From contig NC_068986.1 of the NCBI RefSeq assembly GCF_001194135.2, forward strand, positions 70,124,742-70,188,497: a DNA stretch of 63,756 nt, read 5' to 3'. The position numbers and the translations under genes are program-made. Numbering within the stretch: position 1 is the stretch's first letter; each line of letters opens with the position of its first letter. The DNA is from Octopus bimaculoides. Its lineage: Eukaryota. Shown one piece after another: positions 13,804-24,920 of the stretch. The notes under the pieces were generated by a model. That model made no database searches and was not told where the DNA came from. It saw only the letters and a program-made list of their open reading frames with translations.

Positions 13804-14291
13804 NNNNNNNNNNNNNNNNNNNNNNNNNNNNNNNNNNNNNNNNNNNNNNNNNNNNNNNNNNNNNNNNNNNNNNNNNNNNNNNNNNNNNNNNNNNNNNNNN
13901 NNNNNNNNNNNNNNNNNNNNNNNNNNNNNNNNNNNNNNNNNNNNNNNNNNNNNNNNNNNNNNNNNNNNNNNNNNNNNNNNNNNNNNNNNNNNNNNNNNNN
14001 NNNNNNNNNNNNNNNNNNNNNNNNNNNNNNNNNNNNNNNNNNNNNNNNNNNNNNNNNNNNNNNNNNNNNNNNNNNNNNNNNNNNNNNNNNNNNNNNNNNN
14101 NNNNNNNNNNNNNNNNNNNNNNNNNNNNNNNNNNNNNNNNNNNNNNNNNNNNNNNNNNNNNNNNNNNNNNNNNNNNNNNNNNNNNNNNNNNNNNNNNNNN
14201 NNNNNNNNNNNNNNNNNNNNNNNNNNNNNNNNNNNNNNNNNNNNNNNNNNNNNNNNNNNNNNNNNNNNNNNNNNNNNNNNNNNNNNNNNNN

Positions 14292-14422
14292 ATTTTATCG
14301 ACCCAGAAAGGATGAAAGACAAAGACAGCCTCGGCAGAATTTAAACTCAGAGCATAAAGACAGACGAAATACTGCTAAGGATTTCGCTCGGTGTGCGAAC
14401 GATTCTGCCAGCTCGCCGCCTT
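14292..14422 (-). mobile_element. Nin/Deu-domain SINE (3' part lost in gap)
   Basis: Reverse complement of head and domain, ending ...GATTCTGCCAGCTCGCCGCCTT. Confidence 0.85.
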
Positions 14423-14449
14423 TTATCTTTTATTATAAATACCCGGGAT

Positions 14450-14852
14450 AAGGCAGCGAACTGGTAGAAACGTTAGCACGCCGGGAGAAATGCTTAGCGG
14501 TATTTTGTCTGTCTTTACGTTCTGAGTTCAAATTCTGCCGAGGTCAACTTTGCCTTTCATCCTTTCGGTGTCGATAAATTAAATACCAGTTGCGTACTGG
14601 AGTCGATCTAATCGACTGACCCCGCTCCCTAAACAAAATTCAGGCCTTGTGCCTAGAGTAGAAAAGAATCGTTTGTAGAAAAGAATGCTTAGCGGCATTT
14701 CGTCCATCTTTATGTTCTGAGCTCAAATTCCACCGAGGTCGACTTTGTCTTTCATCCCTTTCGGAGTCGATAAAATAAGTACTAATTGAAAACTGGGGGT
14801 CGATATAATCAGCTACTCTGAAATAGCTGGCCTTGTGCCAAAATTTGAAACT
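14450..14852 (+). mobile_element. Two tandem Nin/Deu-domain SINEs (14450-14668 full, 14680-14852 5'-truncated)
   Basis: Two successive B-box plus domain plus tail units. Confidence 0.85.
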
Positions 14853-15534
14853 ATTATTAATCTTTGGGTTTTACTTAAATGAATCAACAACGTCGCACAC
14901 CCTTCCTTTCTCATACATTCTCTTTCTCCTTAATGTCTACTGCTGTAATAGTACACATTAACGAGATTCAATAGTAACTACTCTCCTCTCTCCACCTACC
15001 AGTGAGCTCTTGCGTTGCAGGTATTTGGTGAAAGCAATATTGTTGCTGTCGACCGTATGTGGCATACGAACCTCCTATCGAAACTTCCTGACACGGAGCT
15101 CCAACGATCTCTCACCTCTTGGATCAGTAAGTTATAATTAGATAGCATTACGGCAACGTATCGAGGGAGATCTTTCTGAACCACCTGCTTTGAACACCTA
15201 CCACCAAACAGACATCACATGCTAAACCTACGCTGACTCCATGAAAAGAGTAATCAGAATTACTCCCAATGAAGATATTTCAATCTTGTCTCTTTCAACA
15301 GCAAGAAAATTCATACCGCTATTCATATAAAAAATTTATAGCGCCATACCTCCCACCCTAACTCATGAGCAGCACTCAGCTAGAGACCGGCAAATCGCTC
15401 CAGTTGTTGAGTTTCGGTATCATCGAGGATCCATCCTGGCTGACGAAAGAACATCCTTAACATAGCTAGGACTGCATCCCAATGACTGGCCCTTCCTTCA
15501 GGTCTAAAAGATATTTCAGCTCCCAATACGTATG

Positions 15535-15950
15535 GGTTTCAAATTTTGTTACAACCCAACAACTTCGGGGAAGCGGGTAAGTCAATTACATCGACCCCAG
15601 TGCTAAATTGGTACTCATCGACCCCGAAAAACAGAACTCAGAACCTAAGGACAGACGAAATGCTGCTAAACATTTTGCCCGGCGTGCTAATGATCCTGTC
15701 AGCTTGCTGTCTTATCAGCTCCCAATAATTATAGGTTTCAAATTTTAGGCACAAGGCCAGAAATTCTGGGAAAGCAAGTAAGTCAATTACATCAACCCCC
15801 AGTGCTGAACTGGTACTTAATTTAGCGTACCCCGAAAGAATGAAAGGCAAAGTCTGCCTCGGAGGAATTTGAACTAAAAAAGTAAGGACAGACGAAACGC
15901 TGCTAAACATTTTGCCCGGCGTGCTAACGTTTCTGCCAACTCACGACCTT
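15535..15950 (-). mobile_element. Two tandem Nin/Deu-domain SINEs inside the CR1-like LINE
   Basis: Copies at about 15535-15712 and 15733-15950, bracketed by three copies of a ~13-bp LINE-derived motif. Confidence 0.85.
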
Positions 15951-16188
15951 ATCAGCTTCCCATAAATATCAAACTCTATAAAGTGCAGGTGAGACCGACA
16001 ATGGAATATTTCTCTCACATCTAGAATGGTGATGCTTTACACAAAAATATTGTAGAGTGTACCCAGAAAAGAGCTATCAGACTGAGTTGCTAAATATTGC
16101 TGGAGCACAGACACCAACCTCTGACCTCAAAAATGTACTGACTCCTCGTTCTGTCTTATATACCGCTGATATAATAGCCTTTACTATA

Positions 16189-16380
16189 GCGATGAGCTGG
16201 CAGAATCGTTAGCACGCAGGGCAAAATGCTTAGCAGTATTTCATCCGTCTTTACGCTTTGAGTTCAAACCTTCTATCCTTTAGGGCTCGATAAAATAAGT
16301 ACCAGTCGATACTTGGTGTCGATATAATCGACTTACTCCTCCCCCGAAATTGCTGGCTTTGTGTCAAAATTTGAAACGAA
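16189..16380 (+). mobile_element. Nin/Deu-domain SINE inside the CR1-like LINE
   Basis: GCGATGAGCTGGCAGAATCGTTAGCACG head through AAAATTTGAAAC tail. Confidence 0.85.
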
Positions 16381-16981
16381 TATAACAGCCTATATTCTTC
16401 GGAACCGGCCAAGTTTATATTACCTCAACACAAGTATCACCATCCTATTCATCTCTCCTCCTTTCCTGAATCCTTTCTGTGTCCGGCCTTGCTATCCCAG
16501 GACACACACTAATAACTACGTCCTCTCTTTCCAAGAATGTCGACCGTCTTGAATTCCTCCCGTTGTTCATATCTTTCTCCCGCCGCTGTTCGATGACAAA
16601 TATTCAAGAGTAACATTAATGCCATCCATGTCACAAATCTAGGAAGACCCTCAAATACCATGAATACTGCCTCTTCTTCCAGAAGCAAAAAAGTAGATTA
16701 ATACTCACTTATTTATTCATTATTTTCTCTGTTTTTACCAACACTCTAAGCGACACAGTTAGAACTATTTGTAAGTTGTACATTTGAAAACCATTATAAA
16801 GTAATTAGCTCCAACAAATGATATGCCAATTTATTTAGTATAGTGAACCCTGCAGAGAAAGATGTAATTTCTTGACCACGCCTGGTTGAAATAATTTCCT
16901 TGTGCTGACGTCATTAATACTTTTAAAAATTGGTTTATATATGTCGTGCTCACTACTATAAATTTCCTATTTTTCAGCTAA

Positions 16982-17016
<35 letters not shown>

Positions 17017-17023
17017 AATAATG

Positions 17024-17060
<37 letters not shown>

Positions 17061-17585
17061 GTATGGATACTAGGTAACGGACGCTTGGTACCAACATACA
17101 CCGGAAAAGTTAAGAGACGAAAAGGGGAAGGCAAATATCCTCGGGGACTTTGACTTCCAGACAGACAAGCTGTTAGAGCACCGAAGGCCGGATATAGTAA
17201 CCTTTAGGAGGGGTAAACAAGAGTGCCTAATAATCGACGTGGCAGTGCCAAGAGATCAACATATCATCATGAAAGAAAGAGAAAAAAGGTTGATAAATAT
17301 GGAGACCTGAGAACTGAGATCGCTAAAATGTAGCAGCTACGAGAGTCAAGCAGAAAGGTTGTCCTTATTGTCATCGGATCATTGGGTACAATACCACCCA
17401 ACCTGAAAAAACATCTGGAAACTTTAGAAATACCCTACAATCTAGGTATCGGGATTACTTGGAGCTGCATGCATATTGCGTGAAGTAATGTTTGTCTAAG
17501 GTCCTTGTTGTGACTTGACAGACAGTACAAACACACAATATCTTCAATCAACAACATCATGATATTGGATACTGTGCGACGTCTA
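17061..17585 (+). mobile_element. 5'-truncated R4/Dong-type LINE: RLE endonuclease domain plus 3'UTR, within (AAT)n
   Basis: KYGY*VTDAWYQHTPEK...ILGDFDFQTDKLLEHRRPDIVTF...CLIIDVAVPRDQHIIMKE..KYGDLRTEIAKM*...IVIGSLG is the PD..D RLE signature. (AAT)n lies at 16987-17060 and again at 17586-17605. Confidence 0.9.
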
Positions 17586-17660
17586 AAATAATAATAGTAA
17601 TAATCCTACATTTTTTACATTATTTATATTTGACAGATATTTGTCCTCTTCTTGTTTGTT

Positions 17661-17709
17661 GTTAATACAACGTTTCGGTTTATATGCTCTCTAGCCTTCG
17701 TCAGGTGTC
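17661..17709 (-). ncRNA. Minimal type-I hammerhead ribozyme (partly decayed)
   Basis: GACAC-CTGACGA-A-GGCTAGAGAGCATATAAACC-GAAA-CGT-T-GTATT. The core is intact, stem III is the palindrome ACGU, stem I has 4/5 pairs and stem II is partly mismatched. Confidence 0.75.
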
Positions 17710-17790
17710 CTGGGGAAATTTCGAACCTGGGTTCTCATTCCTAAGTTATTTTATTTTTCGATATTATTATTATTATTATTATTCAAGTCA

Positions 17791-17854
17791 CTGGAATCGA
17801 ACTCGGAATCTTGGGGTTAGTAGCCCGCGCTCTTAACCACTACACCATATGCCC
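17791..17854 (-). promoter_or_regulatory. tRNA-derived Pol III internal promoter (A and B boxes) in the PLE 3' terminal region
   Basis: GGGCATATGGTGTAGTGGTTAAGAGCGCGGGCTACTAACCCCAAGATTCCGAGTTCGATTCCAG: A box TGGTGTAGTGG, anticodon-arm-like GGG-CTACTAA-CCC, B box GAGTTCGATTCC. It has no complete acceptor stem, so it is not a functional tRNA. Confidence 0.75.
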
Positions 17855-20199
17855 GTGGGCAGTTATGGAGTGAATTTTAGGTCTTATAAATTTAATATTC
17901 TCTTGTCCTTCCTTAATACCAGTTCCCATATGCTGTTCATATCTGCACTCGGTCTGCTTAGGAGGTTGTTGTTTTCTTGCATATGTGCTGGTTCATGTAG
18001 CTTTCGTATTTTCCAGTGGTGTTCTCTGTCTATTATTTTAACTTCATCCCACAGAGGGAGATGGTCTCCATTTCTCCATACATGATCTGCTATACCCGAT
18101 TTATCAATATCTCCTCGTGTCACAGCTTTGCGATGTTCCTCTACCCTTATTTTGAGGGGGTATCATGTTTCGCCTTTGTATAACCTAACACAGCTGCATG
18201 GATGGAGTACACGCAGTTCTTGGTCATATTCTCTTCTATTGGTGGTTTTACTCGAAGGAGATATTTGCGAAGTGCTGTATTACTTTTGAATAGTCTTGAT
18301 GTCATATGGACCGCATATTTTTTGTATCTTTTCGGAGAGGCCTTTCACATAGGGTAGACAGACTGTGGACAGTTTATCAGTTTCATCCTATCTTTTCTTC
18401 ATAATTGGAGTGGAGAGTATGCTTTTGGGCTAGTTGTTGCTTAACAAATTGTTACTGAGCTTGATCATTTCTTTGTGGTGTTTATCATGATTGTTACTTA
18501 TATTCATTGCTCGATGTTTTAGGCACTGAGCAATCCCTCTCTTTACACTGTATGGATGGTGGGAGTTGCAGTTGAGGTATCATCCAGAGAAGGTCAGCTT
18601 GCGGTATACGGATGTCCTGAATCCATACTTCGTGCGTGTTATTAATACGTCCAGGAATGCTAGCTGATTGTCTTTTTTCTTTTCCATTGTAAACTGTATG
18701 GATGGCTTTATTGAGTTCACGTGATCTAACAGCGCTTGAACATCTTCCTGGTGGGGCCAGAGTATGAAGGTGTCATTATCATATCGCAGCCATGGGGTTG
18801 GTTTTAGTGGTGTTGATCCTAAAGCCAAATTCTCAAAGTATTCCATGTATATATTGGGTATTATCGGTGATAATGGCGAACCCATAGCTAAACCCTCTTC
18901 TTGTCGATATATATCAGTGTCCATACTGAATTAGGTTGTTTCTACACAGAAGGTCAACATTTCCATTAAGTTTCTTATTGTTATACTAGTGCGTTCTTTT
19001 AGATGGGTGTCTGTCACTAGATTTTCTTGAATCACCGATAGTGCTTCACCAGTTGGGACTTTGGTGAACAGACTTATCACATCTAGACTCACCATCTGGT
19101 TGGATTCAGTGGAGGTATCCTGGATCAATTCTGTGAAGTGGATGGAATTCTTCACGTACGATGTTGACTTTCCTGCTAATGGACTGATTATATCCACTAA
19201 TGGAATACTATAGGTCTTAATGGAATACCATCCTTGTGAATCATAGGAAGACCGTACATGTGTGGTAGTTTACTGTAGTGTTGAGTCAGTTGCCTGTACT
19301 TCCTTGGTGTAAAGTGATATTTTTTCTTGGTCAAGATCTGTGACAACTTCTTCTCTGTTTTCAAAGTAGGGTCTTTCTTTTCTTTGCTGTAGCTACCATC
19401 ACTTATAAGACTTGCCAGTTTTTCTGAGTAGTCAGACTTGTTCATCACCACTGCAGCATTTCCTTTATATATTGGCCACAAGGGCCGAACACGAAACAGA
19501 AAGGGACAGTGCAAAACAAGGGACAAGTGGGGCTTAGCACAAAAAATACGTATATAGAATAAAAATGATAAGAATTAGCAACAAAATTTAAACAATAAAA
19601 TTCGCCAAAAGTCGGGTGTCCCGCCCACGGCCAATCAAGGAACACCACACATCCTGGTTACCCTGTGAAAAAGATGATGAGGGCTTGACGGAAGAGGAAA
19701 GTATCTTTCTGCAGTCCTTTCAACCTCGTACACCAACCACACTACCTCTCTGCCCATAACCACCAGGCAGAGGAAAACTGTGTCTTCTTCCCGGCCAAAA
19801 GAAGGTGGTGGAGCGATCCGGACGATGGATTCTGCTGATAACAGGATCCGTCCTACATGCGTCAACAGCTGTTCGACAAAGTTCCACAAGTCAGCAATAC
19901 CCAGACACTGGACGAGGTCTATGCTTGATCCAGGACTGTAGCTCCGTCAATGAGACGAACTGCAGAAAAACCTGTCTGACAAACGGCGACAGCACCTGCT
20001 CATTGTCAAGGAAATACTGGAGATATCGCAGCCTCAGCGCATGTTTGCGCATTATTAGCTACTGCATGTCCAGGTCTCCACTCAACGGCTGCTGGCAACA
20101 AATGGAGCATTTGACGAGCAGAATATGTCCCTTCCACAGAAAGCGGGAAAGTAACGCTCCAGCTGGTCAGCCACAACGCAGGGCTAGGGATGATGATCA

Positions 20200-22250
20200 G
20201 GAAGTAGTAGTCACTGTCGTAGCTTAGTCTAAGGAGGAGGCCCAGTTCTCACGTGTTGACTTCACGGAACTCTACATCACTCTCATAGATTATCTCAATG
20301 CATTTCTCCACAGCAAAATCTATGTCTATAGATGGGTAGAGTGAAATCACATCCATACTACCCACTACACAACCTGAGAGGTCGTTGGAGTGGTTGCAAG
20401 TACTGATTTTACTGAGGAGATCCTCCGTGCTCACACAGACATCTGGGGACATTTCTATGAGAGGTAGTAATACCTGTGAGAGGAAGTAGGACAGTCTATA
20501 ATCGCTGGAGATATTAACTCCGCAAACTGGTCTGGTTGGGGGGGGGGGGCATAACAAGGTTTATGTAGGGTTTATGGTCTTTGAATAACCCGTATAGTAT
20601 AGGAACATCATTGTTGGATGCTTGGAAATTGTGTGCAGTCCGTTTCTTAGGTTGGAGTACGTTGCACGACATACCCATGTGTGCACTAAGAAGTTATTCC
20701 ACTCTTTCATGCTCACGTGGTGCAATTTCTCTCATGCTATTGATGTGTTGCTGCATGGTCCAGACATAGTTCTATGGGCTGTCTATTGACAGTCTGCCAG
20801 ACTTGTCCATGTCCTCAGTAGATTCTGCCTGACCAGGTCACAGAGAGGAAGATCACCCACCATTACCTCAGCAGTGAAGGAAAGTACTGCAGAGCGCTGG
20901 AGTGGCTGGACCGTACTCACCAAGACTCCGAGAACAACAATCAGATGAAAGGAATGATTTTACATGCAAGAGGGGCTATCGTTAGAACTGCCTTGAAGAA
21001 CCACATAGCAAACTATACATTCAGGTTCAAGGTGCAGCCATTGGTGTATGTGTTGCTGGAGATGTGGTCGGCCTCTTCATGACCTGGTGGGACAGAAAAC
21101 TTAAACAATCCTTAGCAGAACAGTCCACAACTCTCTTACTTTACAGTAGGTATGTAGACAACATTAATATCTCAGTTAAGACCAACTCTAGTGACGGTAA
21201 TGTAGAAACTGAGAGGAAAATAATGGAGAGCATCCAGCAAGTAGCTAACTCCATCCACCAAAGTATCAAGGTAACTATAGAGTTCCCCACTAGGCACCCC
21301 AACAATAGACTCCCCGTCCTTGATACTGAACTTTGGTTAGAGACTGTGAATAACAGAGTGCAGCTCCTCCACTCTTATCACATGAAACCCATAGCTTCGA
21401 AATATATTGTTCACAAGAACACAGCTTTGTCACGCAATATGAAAATTAACATACTGATAGCAGACTTAGGATACTGAACAAAGTGTTCCCACTATGCAAA
21501 CCCTATGAAACGAAGAAACGTGTACAGAACTTCATGAACCGCATGCAATTTTCTGGATATGATCAGAAAGATAGGGTTTGAGTATACAGGGGCGCTGGAA
21601 AGAATTTAGATAACATTATATATAATGAAACCAGCAGTACCTGCCCTAGATATAGAAGCAAAGACTGGAATAGAATACAAAAAGCTTGTGACAAAGCGAA
21701 CAGGGTGAATACGTGGTATAAAACCGACAAATATCTAGGAGTGATGTTTGTAGAGGCCACAGCCCATAGAGAACTAGCCGTAGATTTAGGAAAGCTCTGA
21801 AGCGGACCAAACTCAACACTAAGATTGTTGAAAAGCCAGGGAACTCCATCAGATCGCATATATGTAGGACGTACCCTTTTGCGAATATCATATGCGCCAA
21901 TGATAATTGTATGGTATGTAGGATTAGCCTTGGCATTAACTGTAGAACTAGAAATGTAGTCTACAGCATGAGATGCATAGAAGGTGCTTGTAAAGACATG
22001 GACATAACACACATAGAGGCGACATCTAGGAGCACTGCGGAAAGACTAAATGAACATTTGAAACAATATGTCGACAAAAAACAGTCTTCCATACTCTATC
22101 AACAGGCCAAGGACTCGATGGCGGCAACCTGGGTCAAACTGACATCCGCGTTTTATCCAAACACCCAAAGGACCCAACCCTCAAACAAATATAGGAGTAC
22201 GTCCTCATAAATGAAGCATCCCCTGTACTAAATAGGAAATATACGCAGTA
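20200..22250 (+). mobile_element. Divergent Penelope-like element (RT plus GIY-YIG) with an inverted 5' segment (20200-20820 on the minus strand)
   Basis: Minus segment: DKSGRL..VPILYGLFKDHK..TRPVCG..STEDLL..GSMDVISLYPSID..ELGLLLRL. Plus segment: RFCLTRSQRGRSPTITS..YIQVQGAAIGVCVAGDV..FMTWWDRK..YSRYVDN..RLPVLD..CRTRNVVYSMRC..EATSRSTAERLNEH. Confidence 0.85.
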
Positions 22251-22319
22251 GGTAATCATATCTCCATACCCATAGTTTATATTTATATACAGGTAGAATA
22301 ATTAGTGGGCTGTTATCTA

Positions 22320-22356
22320 GCTGTATGTTTGTGTGTGTGTATGTATATATGTATAC

Positions 22357-22403
<47 letters not shown>

Positions 22404-22639
22404 CATGTATGCAGGCAAATGGATATGAATGTAAACAGATAGACATGCAGACAGATAGGTACACAAGTAATATGAACAGACAAGCACACATACACTCACA
22501 CATATGCAAATGAAGATTGAAACACATGACCATATAGACACACATTTCACTTCACACAAGGACGCATATGGAGGCACACATCCACACATATGGAGATAAA
22601 CATCCGTACATACAGATATAGTACAGAGACACAAAAGCC

Positions 22640-22685
<46 letters not shown>

Positions 22686-22940
22686 CAAACACACACACAT
22701 AAAAACAGGCAAACACAAACAAACAAACGCATGAATATGCAGAATACATACATGCAAATGTACACACATACATACATATATACATACGCACACACGCACA
22801 CATACACTTACATACATGTATACACTCACTTATATGCATGCATACATACATACATACATAAATACATACATACATACATACATAGATACATACATTTGTA
22901 TGCGCACACACACTGACCCACACACATGCGCACAAACAAA
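22320..22940. repeat. Compound degenerate (TG)/(TA)/(CA)/(TACA) microsatellite mosaic
   Basis: Directly visible. It is the source of the many HT/CV/YI ORFs. Confidence 0.9.
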
Positions 22941-23102
22941 CAATAAATGCTGCTCGGATAACGGACAGAGTCAACGGCTATTGAAAAGGTTGCAAGAGGC
23001 AACGAAAATTTTAGAAAAATAAATAAATGAGTGGAAACTTTACCAGTGAGTGTGTTAGATAGTAAGGCACTAAAAGAGAATAACTCTCCCTAGACACAAC
23101 AA

Positions 23103-23135
<33 letters not shown>

Positions 23136-23145
23136 CATAATAATG

Positions 23146-23345
23146 GTCTCAAATTTTGCCACAAGGGCAGCCATTTTGGGAGAGGGGATGAGTCGATTAC
23201 ATCGATCCCAGTGTTCAACTGGTACTAGTTTTATTAACCCCGAAAGGATGAAAGGCTAAGTCGACATCGGCGGAATTTGAGCTCAGAACGGAAAATACCA
23301 CTAAGCGCTTTACCCGGCGTGCAAACGATTCTACCAGCTCACTGC
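23146..23345 (-). mobile_element. Nin/Deu-domain SINE with tail in (AAT)n
   Basis: Plus strand CCCCGAAAGGATGAAAGGCTAAGTCGACATCGGCGGAATTTGAGCTCAGAAC. Confidence 0.85.
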
Positions 23346-24361
23346 TTTTCTCAATAATAATAAGAAGAATGATAATGATAATAATCCTTTATTGCCGTAT
23401 CTGATATCATCACAAAGGTGTAGGGATTTCATTTTTGCGGCATGTAAACATTATAGTATTGCAGACAGGGAAATGGATATTGTGACATCTATGGTTTACT
23501 TAGTAAATTTGCTTACGTTGTTAAAACGGGTCAAGAAATTCATTAACTTCGAACTTATAAAGTTTGCGTAAAAGTAACTCGGCAGTAACACGCCTAATTC
23601 GTTTTGTGTGTAAACATATTTAAATTTTAAGAGTTGTCTTTATTTCTAGCCTCAAACAAAACATATTCCTTGATTCGTTACCAGTATTTATCAAAAGTAT
23701 GTGACATCTTTTCCGATAAACTTTGGGTATATTTATTCTAGAAAGGTTTCCACGTCTTTCTTGTTTTCATTTCGCTGCTTATTAGTACGTACATTCCAAA
23801 TATTTCTTTTCAAATAAAGCAAGCTATGTTTACATTAGGTTTAGATCCAAGATATTCTTATGGTGAAAGTAATGGGAAGATAATTACCCGTAAGAAAATT
23901 ATTATGGTCATTAGATTGGCCTCATACTCCGAAAAGTCTCTTTCGACTATTATTGTTGACTTAAAAGCTTTTCGCGTGACTGTAAATATATTCACATATC
24001 ATTAATAGATATGGATGGGCACTGAGTGTTGGAAAATAATGACCAAATAAGTTAAAATGATAACAATAACACTGACTGATATCAGAATATATTCTTTCTT
24101 ATAGCCAAGTATGTTGATTTTGATAATCATTTTTCATTTTAGAACAAAGTCAAAACTTTGGGGAAGATTGTAGTCTGTAAAATTCGACGCCAGCATTTTA
24201 GGTGATGCTTAGCTTTTCGTCCTTCCACTATGGACAAAGTTAAACCATACAAGATTGAAACACAAGTGAAAAAGTGCCTGTATCATGCCTCACATTGACG
24301 GAATTTAGTAAACAAAATCTTAGCAGAAACTCGTCGTATATTTGTATGTGTGCATATCATA

Positions 24362-24409
<48 letters not shown>

Positions 24410-24630
24410 AATGAAAGATGTAAAACATCGACAAGGAAATAGAACTTCAAAACCGAATGATAATTGTTTCCCATTGACTAATACGAGTCTTACTACTGGT
24501 AGAAATGGATTGATTTAATGACTGATCCTTTGAAAATATGTAGCCAACGGCGCTGTTATATGCTGATTTCGACATATATACCACTCTCCACACACACACA
24601 CACACACGCACACACACACACACGCACACG

Positions 24631-24677
<47 letters not shown>

Positions 24678-24742
24678 CACAGACACATGCATATATATAT
24701 TTGTATGTATGTATATATATATATATGTATATGGATGGGCAC

Positions 24743-24920
24743 TGAGAGAATATGTCGATTACATCGACCCTACTACTCAACTGGTACTTACTTTATCGAC
24801 CCCGAAAAGATGAAAGGTGAAGTCGACCTCGGCAGAATTTGAACTCAAAACACGAAGACGGAAGAAATGCTGCTAAGCGCTGTGACCGGTTTGCTTATGA
24901 CTTTGCCAGCTCGCCGTCTT
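24743..24920 (-). mobile_element. Nin/Deu-domain SINE
   Basis: Plus strand GGTACTTACTTTATCGACCCCGAAAAGATGAAAGGTGAAGTCGACCTCGGCAG...GCCAGCTCGCCGTCTT. Confidence 0.85.

Larger units (their letters stand above)
14990..16640 (+). mobile_element. CR1/L2-like LINE 3' portion (RT to C-terminus) interrupted by three SINEs
   Basis: FGESNIVAVDRMWHTNLLSKL...LTSWIS (AFDRVWHxxLLxKL motif), then LYKVQVRPTMEYFSHI*...QKRAIRL after the SINEs, then the C-terminal RTHTNNY.../FKSNINA. Confidence 0.75.
17595..19465 (-). mobile_element. Penelope-like element (Penelope/Poseidon-type RT plus C-terminal GIY-YIG) with 3' terminal repeat, 5'-truncated and frameshifted
   Basis: KGNAAVVM..PHMYGLPMIHKDGIPLRPIV; MVSLDVISLFTKVP; YRQEEGLAMGSPLSPIIPNIYMEYFE; WLRYDNDTF; QLAFLDV; the GIY-YIG part IRVEEHRKAV..SGIADHVW..WDEVKIIDRE. 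The ORF stops at 17884 and is followed by a ~290-bp terminal region. Confidence 0.92.

Noticed and set aside
17791-17854. Functional tRNA gene with ACT anticodon
   Set aside because: There is no paired acceptor stem and the T stem is broken. It is a tRNA-derived head inside a repeat.
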